The notes beneath the pieces were generated by a model. That model was given only the letters and a program-made list of their open reading frames with translations. It had not been told where the DNA came from and searched no databases. A stretch of 64,000 nucleotides of DNA. Source: Raillietiella orientalis (lineage: Eukaryota). Shown here in pieces: positions 58,091 to 64,000 of this stretch. The first letter of the stretch is position 1; each line of letters opens with the position of its first letter. Location of the stretch: positions 2,852,001 to 2,916,000 of the forward strand of contig JAYWIR010000011.1 of assembly GCA_036172245.1 (NCBI GenBank), given 5' to 3'. Both the position numbers and the translations under genes were made by a program.

Positions 58091-60182
58091 TTTTCTTATT
58101 ATTACTATTCTTGTTTTGGATCACCGTGAACCTTTTATTACTTATTGTTTGATACCCTACTTGGAACTAGTTTCCTTTAAGTGTGTGTGAACTTCCAATT
58201 TGAAACGACCTCCACCTTTCTTCGCAGTCACTCTTCACGGAATGCGGTGGGAACACCCGCATGCAACTCCAGCAGGCCACAGTTCTTGTGCCAGTGACCA
58301 CCCTTCTTCGTATCTATTGAATATCCCGGTGCATACTTTTGGAATTTCTTAATGGGTTTTCCATAGACCACCCGCATGTCATTATGGATTTGGTGGGTCC
58401 TTGAACGTCGCCCGTGCTTACACATCCAAAGACCTTCAGCTCTTGGAGAGATACACGAGAGCAACCCTGGGTATGCTGCAAGCAGATTTCCTCCTGTCAG
58501 AAGAGATGTCTTTCTGCAACCTGGCAGATAGGAGGAGCTAATGATGAGGATGAAAAGGATGCTTTTCAATAAAAGGGATGTTCTTCCGATCTGCAGTGCC
58601 CTTTTTCGAGAGGATTCCACATGAGGTTCCACCTCTTTTCACTATCGTTTGCCTGCTCCGAGATGCTGCGACCTCGATTGCATTACCGAGTCTGCACACA
58701 AACCGTTCCCGAAGAGCGCTCTTTGGGAGGATGTACCTTGAAATCTGTCGGAGGCATCCTAGTTTCTGGTGCACTCCGGGAAGGTTAGGTCTCAGGAACG
58801 CCTTAGTACGATCCCCCTCTCAGAGAAAAAAAAAAAACACTCAAACTCATCACACTCAAACACTTCAAACTGCCGTGCAAGAGGCAACATTCATGTTTCG
58901 TTTAGAGCCCCAGCAACCTATACATGATGAGAGAAGGAAATGAGCTCTCGTTTTCACTCCAAAGATGATGAAACGTTGATTTCGTGAAAATGAGCATATG
59001 ATTTCTGTATCGGTTTGCCAAGCAAGTATTCATGAAATGTTCCTAAAGTATGCATGCATTTTTTAGCATACCGGCAATGGTGAACAGCTTCCAAACTAGA
59101 GCATAATTCATTCCAGCAAGCTCGTTGATAATTGCTTTATGTCTGATCATCAGAAGTGAAAGGATCTGTGAAATATGATCACATGTTCGTGTGAGTTTTC
59201 TACAGATAGCTCAAATGACAAATGAGTAGAGAGATGAACAGTGGAAAAGATGCTCAGTTGGGATTATGTCAAAACGAAATCGAATCGGCAGGAAAGAAAA
59301 CTTTGAGTTAGGACTGGAGGTATTGAATGTACATCCTATGTACACTCGCGTAAACTGTCAACAATGTGCAATCTGGTTTGGCAACAACAATTCTTTTCTA
59401 ACAAGAATGGGAAACCTGGCTGCACTCTAATCGATAACTGTAATGCTCAACTGGAATTCTACGTCCGCCTTCAGATAAAGCGTGTAAAAAAAAATTGGAT
59501 TGTCATTGTCCATCCTTGTTGCATGATCCTTTTAAAAGAAAACTGGACCCTCAGTTCCCGATCATTCTTATCACTCCTCGCATAAGAACTTGGTATCGTG
59601 CACACCATTTCAACAAGATACCTCCACTATCTGTTGGCACATGCCCGGAATGATGGTCGTTTATACATCCAAGAAAAGTCCGATCGTAAACATACGGTCA
59701 GAATATGGCTTCCTTTCATGAAGAAGTGGGAAACTTCAGTACCATAACAAGAATTCGTCACTCTTGCTGAAAATCCTATCCTCTTTTCACTACTGTCCGT
59801 ATTGTCAAGTAATCTTAGCTTAGTCCAACTCACGTCGGGTGAATAATGAAGCCATTTTGTATGAATCGGATGGACGTTCAAATGGCCCGTCAAGCTTTCA
59901 GGTAGTCTGCTGCTGCTATATTCGTTCATACGAAAATGAACTCTCTTCTGTTCCCTTGAGCAAAGCAGGATGTGGCGCCTTCTGGATGCACATCGTGTTT
60001 CCTATGGGACCTATGCTAGCAGCGTAAAGCGTGCTCTTCTTGCTTCTAGTGCAGTGTTTGACTGCAGAGGAATCCTTGAGAGATGTATAATTCTTGTAAC
60101 CACTGCCACAGAGCCCTGCAAAGTGCTGTGAAGTTGCCCTATAGCTGTCTTCTGCAATTGCAATAATTGTAGGATATATCCA

Positions 60183-60224
60183 CGATTTGGATACCTTCAG
60201 TCACTACTGAAGGTATCCAAATCG
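60183..60224. repeat. Perfect inverted repeat, 19-bp arms, 4-nt spacer
   Basis: CGATTTGGATACCTTCAGT-CACT-ACTGAAGGTATCCAAATCG. Confidence 0.94.
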
Positions 60225-62500
60225 AATCACAAACTCACTGTCACTGATAACATTTACCATCAACCTCTGTGTTGCAGCCTGAATGTCTGCCCTCACCTCT
60301 TTTCTTCCAAGAATCCAAGTCTATGGCTCGATAACGGCCCAGCTTTAGAACACAAGCTTCAAATATAGAAGATTCTTTTCTAAATAAAATGAGGTTTCAT
60401 TTCGAATCCTAATGTCGCTTACTTTCTAACCGAAAGTTTGTAGTGGATGCTCCAGAAAGTCTTTGAGTTCCTCTTGTATGACTTTCCAGATTTCTTCATT
60501 CAGTAATATTCATGCTGACGAAGCTTCCATGCTGAGACCACTTTTCGTGCCACAATATGTCGGTGGTGCGTTTAGAACCCAGCTCCTTCGTAATCGTATT
60601 GGGTTTTTGACTCGTTACGCTATCCTTGCTCAGGACTACATCCTACCAAGCTGGAATGATTGTAGGGCCAATGACTTCGATTGCTCTTTGCAGGACTGTC
60701 GCATCTTCTTTAGAATCCCAGGGCCCCTCAGCCTTTGATGGATTCTCAGAGACTATGAAGATCTTTTTCCCATATACAAAAAGCACTGAAAGAAATTCAT
60801 TGGCATGAAACATGAACGTGTAATGTGAAATACTTACGTTTCTAAAACCAAAGTCTCTTTTCTTCTTTAACAAAACAAATCTAAAGAAAACAATTGCTTC
60901 CTGTCCTGGAATGCGACAGGACTTTAAAGCACCTTATCACAGTTCCAGTTCTTTTCAGAAGAGCCCCTCTTCTCGTTTCTAGATTCAGTGAAGTGAGTGA
61001 TGCTTGGAGTGAAGTGAGTGAAGTTGCTTGACGTGTCCAGTTACTCGATTTCACGACCTCATGAACTAGACATGCATGCCTGAAGGCAATACGAGCTGAG
61101 AAGTAGGTGCCAGGAAACCTGCAAGACAGTGCAAGGTCTATGAAATAGTTCAAGGAATAGATGTGCTCTGGGTTCTCCACATTTAGTTTGACACAAGTGG
61201 TGGGATTGATCAAGGAAATAACCTGGAAAAATTTACTGACCCCGATGCAACAGTGCAACAGAAGAATGAGGCCAGGAGATTCATGCGAATATAAGATATC
61301 GATTGAGACGTGATGTTTTTGTTTACCTCTCGGTTTTATGAAGACTGCGTTCTGGAAGGGCATGGAACTCTTCTTTAGTGACCAAGAGATCAGAGAGCTT
61401 CATGGATCGAATGCTGAAGAGAGAGAACGGGTAATGTGGCAGGCGTGGTGCAGACGAAGATCGTGAAGGATTTCTTCCTCGACGATTTCGAAAGCTCAGG
61501 GGCTGAGAAGAATACCTGCCGTGTTCGTCAACCTGGAAAATTCTTCGAAGAAAGCAGAAGTGGAAGGAAACCGGTCCTCTAATACGATCTGCCGAGGATG
61601 CGTAATCTTCATTGAAACGTCTTACTTGCCACCACCCTTCTCCCTCATCCAAGACTCGCCTTCTTGAAACTTTGCTGACAAGCGAGGAATTGTGGGTGCC
61701 CCCTGGGAAGGATCTTCGAAGAGGACTTCGTTCGCAAGGACCCAAAATTGACGCCCTCGATTCTGAATTGACAAAAAAAGAAAAAAAGAAAATGAAAGTT
61801 GAGGAGCTCCCTGCACAGAAAGTGAGATCGACCAGAAACCTCGACGCCAAAGAAAGCGTCAGAATCACAGAAGGCGCGCTAACAAGGAGCAGAGGGACAG
61901 AACGGCTGACTGATCACTAGCAGCCAAACTTTTCGGGTCAATACAGTCGCCGGATTCGGTCGCTGGAATCCTCCGCACTTTTGAAGTCAGTTGAATCTTC
62001 GCGACCGGATCATCGTGACCTGTCCGGTCGGCCACGAGTGTCTTCCTGAGGGCCAGCGGAGACTGAAACAATGTGCTTGGCATCGCGAGGAGCTGAACCG
62101 TCCAGAAACAGCATAGCTATATAGCTATTCTGTCCGCGGCAAAGCTGCTCGAAACCCTGGCGGTTGCTCGGTACGTGGTCTTGCAGCGCTCTGGAGGAGA
62201 AGCTGTCCGCGTGAGAGAAGCAAAAGAAGAAACGGTGGATCCGGAGACAAAGGAGAGGGCGAGGGAGGGAGAATGAGCATGGGGTAGACCTGCAGGCTCC
62301 GCGGGCGACTCTGGCATTTGCATCGCGACGGGCCCGTCGGAAGCCTACGCGCGTTCCTTCCTCTCCCCTCTCGACTTTACCCAGAGAAACCTCAAGCTCG
62401 AAGCGACGGATCAAAGGGCAACGACAAAAAAACAAAAAAACCGAAACAATTTAAAGCCGAAAAGACCGTGAAGCACCTGAGATTGTCCACCCTCTTTCAG

Positions 62501-63829
62501 GGAGCGTCACCATTGCCGTCTGCTGCCAGACCGTGGAAAAATCCGGACGCGTGTCTTGCAGAAAATTCCGCAGCTCCAGTGCTCTGATAAGAGTGGAACA
62601 CGTTTGAGCGCGCAGGATGCCAGACGTCCTCCCCGCAAGGACAAACGCAGGGCCCCGCTTGTTGCGGTGGTAAGCCTGCCGTCAGCCTCGCGTTCTCCAT
62701 GGGCTGTCCTCCCAAGTGGGATGGTTTGCAGCGGCAGCTGGCTCCCTTCTAACAACTCTCCCTTTTCGGCGCACTTACATGGAAAGCTGATGGGAATGGG
62801 CGGGGTCCAGAGTCGGAAAGCTGTTCGCTCCTCACGCTTTGACCTCCGTTCCCATCGCACCAGGAGGGATGGCTGCGCTCCCCTGGATCCCTCCCGGAGT
62901 GGAAGCAGGGTTGTCTGGTGTCCTTCCGATGTCCCAAGCTGCTGAGGAGAGCACTTGCGTTCCCTCAAGGACACCCAGGGGGATTCATCCTCAATTCTGT
63001 TCTCGGATGAGATTTCTGCTTGAGCGTTGCGACCCTCTTTCCCCTTTGTTTGGGGGGAAGGATATCGCGGGAAAACCCGCAAAAGGGGAAGGGACAGCGA
63101 AAGAGCGGAGGATAGAGAAATCCTCGAAGATCCGTCGCTTGGACTTCCTGTCTAACGCGGCCCCTTTCTCCCCAGAGGAGAAGAACGACTTCGTCACTAC
63201 GGGCTGACGGGCTGCTCGGACTTTATTGTTCTCCTTACAGACCGGGGAGCGGAGGCAACCCGGAGGCAGCAGCAGCAGCAGGAAGCCAAATCCCCTGGCA
63301 CTCACGGTCGGATTTCTGTGTTCACACGTGTCTCTCCCACGGGATCTCTCGGCTGGCACGTATGCCACCGCCCCCGCGAGGAAGCAACACCTGCTTCTCC
63401 CCCATCCCCGATGACGTAGTCGACCGCGACGACAGCGGCGCTCACACCGGGCGGCGCGCGTATGGCGGCGGTCTCCAAGGCCGATTTCCCATCGGGGAGT
63501 GGCGCCGCCGCAGTGGAAACCTGGCAATGAGTGACTCTGCCGCCTACGACGAGTGGGATCTGGGACTGGGATTGGACAGCATGCGGATCGGGAGATCAAA
63601 CGAAGTCGGTGGAAGGGACGAGGCTACCGAAACGTCCGAGGACGACAGAGGCGTCCCCGAGGCTCCGACCAAACGAAAGGAAGCCACCGGATGGTGCGAG
63701 ACCGCGACCCCGAGTCGCCCCGACCATCGGGTTGCGTCACCGCGGAGGGAAGGCACGCCCGACACTGCCGGATCCAAGAAGGATGAACGTATCTGCCCGT
63801 ACGAGGTGATGCTGAGGCAAGTGAGCAGC
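62501..63829 (+). CDS. Candidate internal exons of an unidentified, low-complexity protein gene, probably continuing beyond the window
   Basis: Exon 62501-62669 (CCCTCTTTCAG acceptor, GTG|GTAAGC donor) is phase-compatible with 63176-63829 (CTAAC branch-like site, CCCCTTTCTCCCCAG acceptor, AGC|GTGAGT donor). The latter lies in a frame open from 63116 to 63922. No family recognised. Confidence 0.3.
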
Positions 63830-64000
63830 GTGAGTATCCGTTCGCTCGTTTGTTTGTTTGTTTGGGGGGAAGGGAAGGGAGTGATCGAGGGGTCGGGAGG
63901 ATTCCCTAGATTGACTGGCTAGGGTGGAGGGACAACGGACCAGATAAGAGCAAGAGGGGTCCCTTTCCTGACCTTCTTGAGGAGCAAGCTAAAGCTTCCT

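Noticed and set aside
58228..58632. 134-aa minus-strand ORF upstream of IVD as a transposase or IVD extension
   Set aside because: No catalytic motif or terminal repeats, and IVD already has its own ATG and presequence at 58090.
60427..60580. Minus-strand in-frame TGA before ILLNEEIWKVIQEELKDFLEHPLQTF as selenocysteine or readthrough
   Set aside because: No homology, no SECIS identified and no evidence the segment is coding.

Overview
Eukaryotic, intron-rich genomic DNA, most likely from an arthropod (inferred from the insect-like beta-spectrin termini). Five conserved genes can be spliced end to end from the sequence: Vps39/Vam6 (-, 5335-11902), beta-spectrin (+, 18800-36640), MED15 with a 53-Gln tract (-, 38475-42212), a compact DEPDC5/Iml1 (-, 45399-50323) and isovaleryl-CoA dehydrogenase (-, 56312-58090). 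No prokaryotic systems, CRISPR arrays, rRNA/tRNA genes or intact transposons were seen, and I cannot claim a new multi-gene system. Two patterns stand out. First, most introns are only about 36-60 nt and many lack a polypyrimidine tract. Second, non-coding DNA holds several perfect, mutually unrelated short hairpins (15-23 bp stems, 2-4 nt loops) plus shuffled local duplications, resembling templated-insertion repair scars or tiny hairpin-RNA loci. Several low-confidence orphan exon chains also occur. Gene identities rest on my recall of family sequences, not on database searches.
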